Positions 1 to 12,367 are shown, counted from the whole stretch's first letter. The stretch: 63,142 bases of DNA, filler included, from Octopus bimaculoides (GCF_001194135.2; 4 parts of 4 records of this genome joined end to end with filler, not necessarily neighbours in it); one strand, 5' to 3'. The notes: generated from the letters alone by a model not told the origin. Translations and numbers: made by a program.

Positions 1-34
1 CTATCGCTGCCTAACCCGTTGCTGTTGCTGCCGT

Positions 35-88
<54 letters not shown>

Positions 89-110
89 CACTACTACTAC
101 TATTTCAGCT
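1..110. repeat. Compound trinucleotide microsatellite (TAC)n/(TGC)n
   Basis: Direct reading: tactactac... grading into tgctgctgc. Confidence 0.95.
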
Positions 111-454
111 GAATGTCATAGCAGTGATAATAAATGTTAGCATTGCTTTACGGCCACAAGGACTGAATTATATAGTATAAAACGTGTCAAAAGCAGAGCT
201 TCAAAGCACGTGGTGATATATATGTTCTGTGTGTGTGTGTACATATATATATATATGTACATATATATANNNNNNNNNNNNNNNNNNNNNNNNNNNNNNN
301 NNNNNNNNNNNNNNNNNNNNNNNNNNNNNNNNNNNNNNNNNNNNNNNNNNNNNNNNNNNNNNNNNNNNNNNNNNNNNNNNNNNNNNNNNNNNNNNNNNNN
401 NNNNNNNNNNNNNNNNNNNNNNNNNNNNATATATATATGGGAGAATTTACGAAT

Positions 455-780
455 AAAAAAAACAACAGACGAAGACAGGTGGTGTAAACAAAAAATGGAT
501 GTATTAGTTTAACGCTCGGGAATAGAGAAAGTCTTTGACGTTTCGAGCTACGCTCTTCAACTGAAAGGAACACAGAAAGAAATAAGGAGAGAAACAAGGA
601 GAAAAAAAATATAAATGTAGTGGTCAGCGATCTATCATGGCGAGTGGAAGAGGGCAGGCACTCCCATCTAACCAGTCGGGAACTCGTTATTACACTTTTC
701 ACGTCTCTCAACCTTGTTTTCAATAATTTCTTTGGGGACAGTACTTCTTACTTCATCCCACCCTTTTGTTAAGTGAAACT
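455..780 (-). mobile_element. Penelope-like element terminal repeat (pseudo-LTR) fragment
   Basis: Carries a hammerhead-like motif (537-560). Homologous to 35440-35575, and 651-675 is identical to 1605-1629. Lies downstream of a Penelope-type RT relic on the same strand. Confidence 0.55.
537..560 (-). ncRNA. Degenerate minimal hammerhead-ribozyme-like motif
   Basis: Minus strand reads TTGAAGA-G-cgtagct-C-GAAAC-GTC. This is the CUGANGA/GAAA core with C3>U, a 1-bp stem II and a palindromic ACGU stem III. Stem I is not evident. Confidence 0.4.
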
Positions 781-782
781 TG

Positions 783-806
783 TTAGGGTTAGGGTTAGGG
801 TTAGGG
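783..806 (+). repeat. Interstitial telomeric repeat (TTAGGG)4
   Basis: Four perfect TTAGGG units read directly. Confidence 0.95.
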
Positions 807-829
807 ATCGACTAAACAGAAAAGGACCT

Positions 830-1640
830 GTCTGCAGAACATTCAGACTTGTCATACTTTTATCTTCTAACCACAAGTAAGAACAAAGCTAACTTTCAAA
901 ATTGAAAAACAGGAGCGTTGTAGGGCAATCATCATGTCGGGTTCGGCTAATATCCGCATCGGTGTCACGCGACACAAGAACTGTTTGACAGAACTCACAA
1001 AATCAGTAATATCTGTATACAGAACATGTGCCTGCAGAAAAGTTCAACTCACTGCGCACATTATGGTTAGCCCCGGCTTACGCCACTTCCGCGCATGTAG
1101 AATTTATCATAAACAAGCAGGGCCCATGGGTAGCGCTTCTAGAGCAAAGGATTCGGGATGTTATCCTTAGAAATCTCTAACAAAAAGTCCTTTACAATAT
1201 ACCAATATACTAACTAACCAATTAGTTTTCGTTGATAGCCACTACTTCCCTTATAACGTGAACTCTGGATATCATTAATAACCTTCTATAATTTGCTCGA
1301 ATAGAACTTCGACCTATCAAATTGCCTGACTAATAGAGAAAGGTGATGACCTCATTACATTTCAGGGGCAATTCGTCCAATATCAATTTTGTTTAATCTA
1401 CGACTGCAGATCTGTCAAGAAGAGAACTTGAAACAAGCGTATCTCTAATGGCAACCATACCTGTTCACTGTCCAAAAATATCTGCGGGTGGAACGGCTTG
1501 ATGGTGTACCGGCAGCCACAGTATTTATAGTTCACCATTTAGAGGGTGCTAGCAGCAGATGTACCATATGATCAGTTGAATGCACCCCTTACATTAAATG
1601 GAAAAGGGCAGGCACTCCCATCTAACCAGCCGGAAGCACG
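830..1640 (-). mobile_element. Decayed Penelope-like reverse transcriptase relic
   Basis: Hand translation of the minus strand gives VINDIQSSRY (like motif A, D..SLY) and DKFYMRGSGVSRG*P*CAQ*VELFCRHM (like KFY.Q..GVAMGSP...LANLFM). Many stops. Confidence 0.5.
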
Positions 1641-1989
1641 TATTTTCCCCGATGGTCAGTCAGTAAGAGATAATAGATGCGACGTAGGCTTTCAAAATTT
1701 CTCAGAAGAAGGCATCATTAATAAATCATTTTGTAATTCAAGCAGGCATTAGAAACCAATAACAAACAACTGTTCCAGAATTTTAGCATCCACGCATGCA
1801 TGGAAAACTCATATTAGTATCCTTTGCGCTAAAGCCAATAGAATCTGTGTTTGTCTTAATAAAAATGTTTATTTCGCCCTTCAGTACAAAGTTACTGTCA
1901 TAAAATCGTTACTTTGAAGTGCAAACTTAATATACTTATGCTTATGCTATTTCCATGTATATATTAGAAGAATCACGCAAAAATTATAT

Positions 1990-2260
1990 GATAATGGATA
2001 TATCAACAAAGTAAGGACAATATCGTGGAATAATTTAAATATAATACCAATAATAGAATACAATATTGAAGGTTTGAAACTACAAAGATGCCCTGCATAA
2101 AATATGTTTATATCAAAAGCCAAGTTTATTCCGTTAACAAACTAGATGAAACAACTCTTTTGGATTATCATAAAAGAGAAAACCTTATTCATAAATATCA
2201 ATGAGAAATCCATTGAACATTATACTTGCCTGCTAACATTCAATCTTTCTAAACGATTTA
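1990..2260 (+). mobile_element. Possible Penelope GIY-YIG C-terminal relic
   Basis: Weak resemblance (RCPA.../LDETTLLDYHKRENLIHKY vs C.LCL.EK..I....TLLNKR.EL..KC) across frameshifts. Confidence 0.2.
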
Positions 2261-2984
2261 TAATTTTGATGGACGTGCGGAATGGAGTAACTCATCCCTT
2301 CCAAAAACAAGTGAGAGGGGGAGCTTAACCTAATCTTTTAATAACTGGGAAAAATGATCGATGGCAAAACTGTGATTAAAAAAAAGGGCAAGTTATATGC
2401 GTTCCCCACATCTTTCGAACAATTTCAGTGGCAGCTTTCTCCCGCCCGACATTTGATTAAGACCTGTCACTCAGCTCGTAATATCTAGTGAAAGCACTCA
2501 CGTCCGCTTCTGAGCAAAATATCCCAAAAGCCAAAACGCACATTTGTAATGAAAAATGACATCACTGACTAAGTGAGCGTGTGATTGAAAAGGGTTCCGA
2601 CTGGTTGCTATTTAGCACCGAGAAGATGCCACCGTACAATACAACCATCTATCCTCAAAAGCAGGGACAGAAACCGGCTGTACCAACGACTTCTATCTTG
2701 TGCCGATGGAAGCAGCAGATCCTTTGAGTTAATCCAAATATACCAGAGCTTCACCTACTCACAGTTTACTTATCACCCATTATAATATGCTACATATAAT
2801 TTGAAGGTTGTTATGGACAGATATCGGAGATCGAAGGGGCCTGCGTGCTAACAATAACACCACTGACAGCATCGGTGAACCTTTTCTTAAGACGTTTGAA
2901 CAAATTGTTCACGATGTTTCCCTCTCACACATTGTTTTAGCGTAATTTCGTAGCGGTACTTCAGCTTATCGGTAACACCACTAT

Positions 2985-3210
2985 CTTTACTCCTTACTCT
3001 TTTACTTGTTTCAGTCATTTGACTGCGGCCATACTGGAGCAACGCCTTTTGTCGAAGAAATCGACCCCAGGACTTATTCTTTGTAAGTAAGCCTAGTACA
3101 TTTGGATCGGTGTCTAATGTCGAACTGCTACGTTACGGGACGTAAACACACCAGCATCGGTTGTCAAGCGATGTTGGGGAGACAAACACAGATACACAAA
3201 TATATACATA

Positions 3211-3242
<32 letters not shown>

Positions 3243-3499
3243 CATATATATATATATATGTAGGCGCAGGAATGGCTTTGTGGTAAGTAGCTTGCTTCCC
3301 AACCACATGGTTTCGGTTTCAGTCCCACTGCATGGCATCTTGGGCAAGTGTCTTCTACTATAACCTCGGGCTGACTAAAGCCTTGTGAGTGGATTTGGTA
3401 GACGGAAACTGAAAGAAGCCCAAGGTGCCACGCAGTGGGACTGAACCCGGACCATGTGATTGGTAAGCAAGCTACTTACCAGATAGCCGCTTCTGCGCC
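2985..3499 (-). mobile_element. tRNA-derived SINE (CORE-like family) with an inverted duplicated head
   Basis: Minus-strand tail at 2985-3200, microsatellite, plus-strand head at 3263-3421, minus-strand head at 3418-3499. Contains a CORE-like CTTGGGCAAGTGTCTT. Confidence 0.9.
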
Positions 3500-3900
3500 T
3501 AGAAATGTCTCTAGTCTGATGCAAGTTCCAGTCGACGTATTCCAACAGAACCTGGAAAATCAATCCCAACTGCTGCAAGAAAATCTCTCTGATACTCATA
3601 TGAAGATTCCTTCGCCTTAGGAAATAATATTAATAATAATATTGGATGTTGAATATCACACGAAAATTGACAACCAAGTATCAAAGCTTATAATGCGTGG
3701 AAAGAGAGCCTGTGAGACCTCTGGCTACAGGCTGCTGTCTGCTCTCACAGAATGAACCAAAGCAAACAAGATCGAGCGCTCTGAGAAGTATAACAATCGT
3801 AATAATAATACGAAAATTCCATGGTAATGTAGCCTTCAAACACACCACCAAATAGCACACAAACCTGACGTCATTCTTCATGATATCACGATATCGACCA
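3500..3900 (+). mobile_element. Decayed R4/Dong/NeSL-like (RLE-type) LINE fragment
   Basis: NNNTKIPW*CSLQTHHQIAHKPDVILHD resembles ENENVKILWDF.IQTD..I.HNRPDIVL.D. Upstream KINPNCCK resembles the start of the CCHC knuckle. Confidence 0.55.
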
Positions 3901-4032
3901 GAGTATCCGCTGGTGTTATACGTCACTGGTCACAATGCGCTTCACATTGTTATAGCACTCAAATAACGCCATCCCGTTTGCTAGTCGAGAAGGCCAACAT
4001 TGTACCTTATCGGAAGGCCAGTCTATTATAGG

Positions 4033-4174
4033 GTTACTCCTTTACAGTTGAGTGGACTGGCACAATGTGAAAGGAAGTGTTTTGATCAAGAACACAACGT
4101 GCCGCCTGATCCGGGAATCGAACTCACGACCTAGTGATCGTGAGTGCAATTTCCTAACCACTAAGTCACGCGCC
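4033..4174 (-). mobile_element. tRNA-derived SINE, head and central fragment
   Basis: Reverse complement gives GGCGCGTGACTTAGTGGTTAGG (A box) and GAGTTCGATTCC (B box). Confidence 0.8.
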
Positions 4175-4558
4175 TTTATGATATGCATGGCAAAATGCAT
4201 TAATTGATGACACAGAAATGTGAAATGCCACCAACGCTGTTCTGAAATAACATGAAAAGATTATAAAACTCACCAACCCAGCATTGAACTAAAAAGAATA
4301 TATGACAGGGAGGGAATGCGTTTAGTATCTCATTTGTTATCATAACAACTACAGTGACACTCAGCCTTTTCTTTGAGTACCTTGATAGACACAAGCACAT
4401 TCCAGAAAAATAGCTTTTGTAGTTAGAGTGAGCAGAATTTAACCTTGAACGCATACATATACACAAAATTACACAGACACGCATACGTATATATACGCTC
4501 GCAAATAATCACACATACACACACACATGCCATATTCTATACACATACAAGGCGCGAA

Positions 4559-4936
4559 GGCGCGTGGCTTAATGGTTAGGGCATTCGGCTCACGATCGTA
4601 AGGTTGTGAGTTCAATTCCCGGCGACGCGTTGTGTCCTTGAGCAAGACACTTCATTCCACGTTGCTCCAGTCCACTCAGCTGACAAAAATGAGGAGTACG
4701 TGTATTTCAAAGGGCCGGCGTTGTCACACTCTGTGTCACGCTGAATCTCNNNNNNNNNNACGTGTATTTCAAAGGGCCGGCGTTGTCACACTCTGTGTCA
4801 CGCTGAATCTCCCTGAGAACTACGTTAGGGGTACACGTGTCTGTGGAGTGCTCAGCCACTTGCACGTTAATTTCACGAGCAAGCTGTTCCGTTGATCGTA
4901 TCAGCTGGGACTCTCGCGTCGTAACCGACGGAGTGC
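4559..4936 (+). mobile_element. tRNA-derived SINE (OR-type tail family)
   Basis: A box TGGCTTAATGG, B box GAGTTCAATTCC, then GTGTCCTTGAGCAAGACAC. The 3' tail is shared with 20662 and 31010. Contains a 10-N gap with a duplicated overlap. Confidence 0.9.
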
Positions 4937-7448
4937 TCCTTTTTTTTACACATACAAGCAACAAGGTCTCAGAGAGACAAACGCGGCCTATGTAACACAG
5001 ACTGAGAAAGAAGTGATTGAAAAGGTTGCAAATGACACCGAAAGAACTTTGATGAAAAAGAAAAAGAAAACAAACAACTGACTGTATAACCAATAAATTA
5101 AACAAATGATCGATTAGTTAATTGAATAGATATTTAATGAATTGAATAAGAAAGGAGTGAAATTAAAGCAAATGCATGTGTTATTAATACTGACGTAATG
5201 ACTCTTCCTAGACACAGCAAAATTTGTTTCAACACTCGAATTCACATAAAGAATCTTGCGAACCAAATCCAAAAGCGTTTGTTAACCTTTAGCATGTATG
5301 TTAACCCTCCATGTTCACATTAACCACAAGCATTCTTATTAACCCTGAAATACTTCTTTGCATGTTTACAATTGAAAAAAAATCTGATCAACCTTGAATA
5401 TTAACGTAAGACAAACATCATTGTTAATTTTGATCACATAAGTGCACTCTCTCCAAAATAAACCTAATTCTTGTTTCTTGTTGCAAAAAAAAGTAAACGC
5501 TTGATGTAGCATTCAAGTCCTGAATTATAAAGATAATATATAATTGATTAACAAATCCCTTTAAAGCGGATATACTTTCAACTACCCGAAGATTATGTAC
5601 ACAACATCGTAGAATGATAAGTCTATGAAACATAAGGAGAACTGTAATAACAAACTTATATAAAATGTATTATATTTACGCTGTATTAGTAGAAAGAAAA
5701 ATAGAAATCTATCTATAAATTTTTCAAAAGAAAGGTAATATGATTTTTCTGAAATCTAAAACTTTCACCACGATTACAATAATACAAAGCTTATTTTTAT
5801 ACTTGTACAAGGCAAAAAAANNNNNNNNNNNNNNNNNNNNNNNNNNNNNNNNNNNNNNNNNNNNNNNNNNNNNNNNNNNNNNNNNNNNNNNNNNNNNNNN
5901 NNNNNNNNNNNNNNNNNNNNNNNNNNNNNNNNNNNNNNNNNNNNNNNNNNNNNNNNNNNNNNNNNNNNNNNNNNNNNNNNNNNNNNNNNNNNNNNNNNNN
6001 NNNNNNNNNNNNNNNNNNNNNNNNNNNNNNNNNNNNNNNNNNNNNNNNNNNNNNNNNNNNNNNNNNNNNNNNNNNNNNNNNNNNNNNNNNNNNNNNNNNN
6101 NNNNNNNNNNNNNNNNNNNNNNNNNNNNNNNNNNNNNNNNNNNNNNNNNNNNNNNNNNNNNNNNNNNNNNNNNNNNNNNNNNNNNNNNNNNNNNNNNNNN
6201 NNNNNNNNNNNNNNNNNNNNNNNNNNNNNNNNNNNNNNNNNNNNNNNNNNNNNNNNNNNNNNNNNNNNNNNNNNNNNNNNNNNNNNNNNNNNNNNNNNNN
6301 NNNNNNNNNNNNNNNNNNNNNNNNNNNNNNNNNNNNNNNNNNNNNNNNNNNNNNNNNNNNNNNNNNNNNNNNNNNNNNNNNNNNNNNNNNNNNNNNNNNN
6401 NNNNNNNNNNNNNNNNNNNNNNNNNNNNNNNNNNNNNNNNNNNNNNNNNNNNNNNNNNNNNNNNNNNNNNNNNNNNNNNNNNNNNNNNNNNNNNNNNNNN
6501 NNNNNNNNNNNNNNNNNNNNNNNNNNNNNACACGCGCACACACACCTACACGCGCGCACACACACACGCGCGCGCACACACACACGCGCGCGCACACACA
6601 CGTATATAAGGTATATAATGTGTATATGTATGCATAATGTTTTGTTTTAGAGATTTGGATACTTGAGGAAACTGAACCTGCAATATTTACTTCGAAGTTA
6701 CGCAGATGCTGAGAAGCCACATTGATTCTGATATTAGCGAAAATTCGTAGTAAATTATGTCTAATGATAATGAATATTAATCAGACATACATACATACAT
6801 AGACACACACGCTAGCATGTATGTGTGTGGTAATATTTGTATGTTTGTTTGTTTGTTTGTTTGTGTGTGTGTGTTTGTGTGTGTGTGTGTATATATGTTT
6901 TCTGATGTTGTTTCGTTACATTACATTATGTCAAATTCATCTTGGAAATAATGCATAAATTTATTGCAGCCGCTCTTGAAATATTGTTCATAGATGAAAA
7001 GAAAAAAGTATTCTAGAGAAGTAACATCAAAATAAGAACTTTCCACCTCATCCAACTTATGATTTTTTCCCTTTTTTTATAGAATGTATATATATAAAAA
7101 AAACGCATTGCTTATATTTGAGAGATATAACATTTTTCTTGTGACGTTTTCAAAAACATTTCTTATCTACTTGCATCAAACAATGGGTGTAAACGTTAAG
7201 TTTAGCTGCGAAGAAAAAAAAATTGAAAAAGGAAACAATATGGATACATTTTTTTAGCCAAGTGTAGAGACAAACTGTATAGTCAAACGTTTTTTGAAAG
7301 TTGCGTGTGCCATGATATACATGATACAAGAAAACGCGCTGTGTTAACAAACTATGTTTAGCAGTGTCTTGAAAAAAAAAATGATATGACCGTCACAACT
7401 TTCCGTCCGCCATTACTATCTAAAATATAGGATCACACAGCAAGATAT

Positions 7449-7540
7449 GGAGACGCGTGGCTTAGTCGTTTGGGTGTTGGACTCTTAATTGTAAGATTGT
7501 GGTTTCGATTTCCAGACCGGGCAATGCGTTGTGTTGTAAC
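7449..7540 (+). mobile_element. SINE head fragment
   Basis: GGAGACGCGTGGCTTAGT...GGTTTCGATTCCAGACCGGGC, homologous to the other heads. Confidence 0.75.
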
Positions 7541-7746
7541 ATTGACAGACACTGTAATATTGATCGAAAATACGTTTCGCAAATTTAGATCTATTTTCAG
7601 TCTATAATTTCCGGAGTTATTCACTTGAAATAATTATCTAATATAACAGCACAGATTCATGATGCGGAAACTTAGTGAAGCGTACTCATCATGCCCAAAT
7701 CTCAGCCAATTTCTTGTCAGGACTTAGTTTATAGATTATATGAATA

Positions 7747-8322
7747 CGTGGTCCGATCAATGAGTGTCCGGATTGTTGCCATAGTAACGAAGCGAAAGTG
7801 CTGAGAGTGAAGCCACTTGGCACAGATTAACCTTGAACTCTGCTGTGTACGAGCACCAAGTTTAAACGTTCTAGCTCACTTCCGCTGTTTACAGCAGTGC
7901 TTGGAAGTAACGTGTGTAGCGTGTAATCGTCGTATTGACAATGACTGAGAAAGTTGAGCAGAAAATCTGCATCAAATTTTGCCAAAAGCTTGACGATATC
8001 TGCTCAGAGGCCTACACAAAATTTTCAAATAGGTTTCATCGTTCTCGATACAATCAAGATCTTGTGCAACTGAAACCCGATTGTATTTTCGTTCAGCTGA
8101 AAGCAGTTTTGACACAAACTTGACAAGCACGCGTCAGTGATAATGGACTGAACTGAACCGTAACTAATCTGCACATCCTCTGATAATTCACGGATGGTGA
8201 TTCAAGGATTTCCCTTCACAGCTGCACGCACATCTCTAACGTTTTTCTTAGTCCCAGAACGTTCGTCCTTGCCGACATTTTTTCGGCCATCTTGGAAACG
8301 TCTCAACCACCCGTACACTTGC
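7747..8322 (+). mobile_element. Mariner-family deletion derivative with an internal inversion
   Basis: TA plus left TIR homologous to the 33383 element and ORF start MTEKVEQKICIKFCQKL. Segment 8022-8322 is the reverse complement of the internal part of the 33383 element. Confidence 0.9.
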
Positions 8323-8419
8323 ATGTGGAAACATAACCGTTGGAAGATCACATTCGGTAGTTTCACAGCAGTAGTTTCACATGCCGTCAGTGGCTAATCG
8401 TAATCTATCTATCTATCTG

Positions 8420-8492
<73 letters not shown>

Positions 8493-9394
8493 ATATGTAT
8501 ATATATATGTATATNNNNNNNNNNNNNNNNNNNNNNNNNNNNNNNNNNNNNNNNNNNNNNNNNNNNNNNNNNNNNNNNNNNNNNNNNNNNNNNNNNNNNN
8601 NNNNNNNNNNNNNNNNNNNNNNNNNNNNNNNNNNNNNNNNNNNNNNNNNNNNNNNNNNNNNNNNNNNNNNNNNNNNNNNNNNNNNNNNNNNNNNNNNNNN
8701 NNNNNNNNNNNNNNNNNNNNNNNNNNNNNNNNNNNNNNNNNNNNNNNNNNNNNNNNNNNNNNNNNNNNNNNNNNNNNNNNNNNNNNNNNNNNNNNNNNNN
8801 NNNNNNNNNNNNNNNNNNNNNNNNNNNNNNNNNNNNNNNNNNNNNNNNNNNNNNNNNNNNNNNNNNNNNNNNNNNNNNNNNNNNNNNNNNNNNNNNNNNN
8901 NNNNNNNNNNNNNNNNNNNNNNNNNNNNNNNNNNNNNNNNNNNNNNNNNNNNNNNNNNNNNNNNNNNNNNNNNNNNNNNNNNNNNNNNNNNNNNNNNNNN
9001 NNNNNNNNNNNNNNNNNNNNNNNNNNNNNNNNNNNNNNNNNNNNNNNNNNNNNNNNNNNNNNNNNNNNNNNNNNNNNNNNNNNNNNNNNNNNNNNNNNNN
9101 NNNNNNNNNNNNNNNNNNNNNNNNNNNNNNNNNNNNNNNNNNNNNNNNNNNNNNNNNNNNNNNNNNNNNNNNNNNNNNNNNNNNNNNNNNNNNNNNNNNN
9201 NNNNNNNNNNNNNNNNNNNNNNNNNNNNNNNNNNNNNNNNNNNNNNNNNNNNNNNNNNNNNNNACTGGAAGGAAACGGGATGAAGAATGTTCGTGTGTGC
9301 TTGGCGAGGTCAAGATATGAAAAGAATTCGTAGCTGGACACATGTGATCAGCGAGGGGTAGGGAGAAAGGCTGGCTCTCTGAAATACAAGTAGA

Positions 9395-9587
9395 ACAGAA
9401 ACACGAATAAAGAGTGAGAGAAAGTTGTGGCGAAAGAATACCGCAGGTTTCGCCCCACCCTGCCGGAGCCTCGTGGAGATTTAGGTGATTTCGCTTAATA
9501 AACACTCACAACGCCAGGTCTGGGAATCGAAACCGCGATTCTACGACCGCGAGTCCTCTGCTCTAACCACTGAGCTATTGCATCTCC
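9395..9587 (-). mobile_element. tRNA(Arg)-like SINE (OR-type), 3'-truncated
   Basis: Reverse-complement homology to 20662-20850. Confidence 0.85.
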
Positions 9588-10565
9588 ACACTCTTAAAGT
9601 ACACACACGCCTACATACACGAACGCACTCTCTTGTTGCAGGTTTAGCGAGGTTATATTATTATAATTATGAACGATTCGTTTGAACATATATTTCCTGT
9701 ATACACTGGTTGTGATCCATCATTAAGCGTAAAAATACGCCCGACCAATTAAAAACCTCGACAGAATGATCATTTTCGGGCAATATTTCAATTCAGTGAT
9801 CTGTTAAGTGTGTCTGTTAACGAGGTGGGGCTGATTGAGCTACAATAGACCTCCACCCTCACACTTTCCTGACAATAAATCATAGCACCAGCTTTTATGT
9901 CGTCACGCATCTACAATTGCTGTAGCGTTCATTTGCTAACACTTCACTGTCTCACACGATCCAACAGTTTTGTTCCTTTACGGATAATCATTGCGATAGT
10001 GACAGACTAATTAACTACAAATTAGCGTTGAATACGTCTCTAGTATCAGGTGATATACTGGAGCTAATGAAGGATTCTCTAATTGGTCGATCGATTTGCT
10101 AAAAATAGCAGTCAAATCTCACTCTAAGCACGCACTGTAGTTTGAAATAGTGAAGAGGGAATAATAACGCCGAGCGTGATACACAAATAAACGTGATGTA
10201 TTCTTTTAGGCCACTTTTCTATAATCTCAGTTAATTATTGTTCACTAAATGATTGGTAAATAAACTATTAAACAATCACACAATTCCTTGATCTTTTCTT
10301 TCTCCATGTAACAGTGTTAGCTATTCTCTGATCACATATTACACCCGTTTCACGAATGTAATAGTTCATTTGCTAAGCCTTTTGTAAATAAATAAAAAAT
10401 GGCTGTCTATAATAGGAAAGTAGCCTTTTGTTCTTTTGGATGTCAGTAACACTTTCTCTTCTGGTCTCTTCTTCCATTGTTATTGTCTGGAAGTCTTTTG
10501 TGTCACTTGGGATTACCTAAGTTTGAGTTATTGAATTTTTCTCCATTTTTAATCGTGCTTAAAAA

Positions 10566-10853
10566 TCTTTTATCTTTTACTTGTTTCAGTCCTTAAACTG
10601 CGGCCAGTCTGGGCACTGCCTTGAAGAAGAATTTTAGTCAAACTTATCGACGCCAGTATTTATTACTTTTAGAGAGAGTCTGGTACTTATTCTATCGGTG
10701 TCTCTTGCCGAACCGCTACATTACGGGGTCATAATCACTCTAACAATTGATGTCATGCGTTGGTGTGGGACAAACATACGCGAAGACACACACAGAAACA
10801 CACACACAGACACACATACACAGACACACGCACAGAGACACACACGCGCGCCG

Positions 10854-10894
<41 letters not shown>

Positions 10895-11044
10895 TAAAGG
10901 GCTTCTTTCAGCTTCCGTCTAAGAAATTCACTCACAAGGCTTTGGATAGTAGAGGACACTTGCCCAAGGTGCCATACTGTGGGACCGAAAATGGAACCAT
11001 GTAGATGGGAAGCAAACTTCTTACCATACAGCCACGCCTGCGCC
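10566..11044 (-). mobile_element. CORE-like tRNA SINE, full-length and diverged
   Basis: Tail TCTTTTACTTGTTTCAGTC, internal (CA)n, head ...CACTTGCCCAAGGTGCC...CCTGCGCC. Confidence 0.9.
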
Positions 11045-11149
11045 GATGAAAAATTATTTGTCACTCTTTGATTATTTTAAAAACGGAAGGAGTTATGGGT
11101 CCTTCTGTAGTGATTAAATACTATTGTAGAAATCACATGCTTAAGTTGA

Positions 11150-11240
11150 AGAATAGTTGGACAGCACCCGAAACTGCATGGTTGCCAAACAAACTTCTTT
11201 ACAAATAGAGTTATGCCTACAAATGTATGTAAATGAATAG
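11150..11240 (+). mobile_element. Possible CR1/L2 LINE 3' relic
   Basis: GQHPKLHGCQTNFFTNRVM resembles RGH..KL......NFFSNRVV. Confidence 0.35.
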
Positions 11241-11640
11241 AGAGTTGGCCTTTGGAATCTTTCTAAAGACATCTCACCAGGAAATTAGAAACCAATATTT
11301 GTTTATGTATTTGTTATTTTATATTGCTGGAATCTGTTCCAATGTTGTAGGATTTAAGTAATGGGAAGATATAACATCTCTGTAATAGTGTATGATACTT
11401 GTCTGTTTTGATCTAGTCACAATTAGTTAAGCAAAAGATTTCAGGTGAAATGCTCTTTCTCAGATATCAGCTGTTCTTTCAAATTTGAATCCGCTGTATA
11501 ATTCCTTGTTATATAATGAACGACAATGTTGCTATTTTGAAGTGAAATGTACACTGCGCTCCTTCTGATATTGAAACCAGAGTAAATTACATTAATAGTT
11601 ATCTACAACGAAGGTTTGTATTCCAAAATTCCATAGAAGG

Positions 11641-11703
11641 CTAGAGAGTGCAAGAGAGAGGGGGAGAGAGAGAAAGAGAGTGAGAAAGAAAGAGAGAGGA
11701 AGA

Positions 11704-11749
<46 letters not shown>

Positions 11750-12035
11750 AAGTGGGAGAGAGAAAGAGAGAGGAATAGAGAGAGAGAAAGAAAGAGAGAG
11801 AGGGGAAGAGAGAGAAAGAGGGAGAGAAAAAGAGAGAGGAAGAGAGAGAGAGAAAGAAAGAAGTAAATAAAAAGATTAATGACTGAATGGAGGAAAAAAA
11901 AACAAAGTTTGACGTCACACAAACTTACCACCGCCATCACCACCATTATTTTCCTCTTGCTCTCATTATCTCTGTGTCTCTGTTTATGCGTCTCTTATTC
12001 TCTATCTTTCTAAATTCCACTATTCGAGAGAGAGT

Positions 12036-12099
<64 letters not shown>

Positions 12100-12329
12100 N
12101 NNNNNNNNNNNNNNNNNNNNNNNNNNNNNNNNNNNNNNNNNNNNNNNNNNNNNNNNNNNNNNNNNNNNNNNNNNNNNNNNNNNNNNNNNNNNNNNNNNNN
12201 NNNNNNNNNNNNNNNNNNNNNNNNNNNNNNNNNNNNNNNNNNNNNNNNNNNNNNNNNNNNNNNNNNNNNNNNNNNNNNNNNNNNNNNNNNNNNNNNNNNN
12301 NNNNNNNNNNNNNNNNNNNNNNNNNNNNN

Positions 12330-12367
<38 letters not shown>

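Noticed and set aside
4698-4811. 52-bp direct repeat inside a SINE
   Set aside because: Identical copies flank a 10-N gap, which indicates an unmerged contig overlap.
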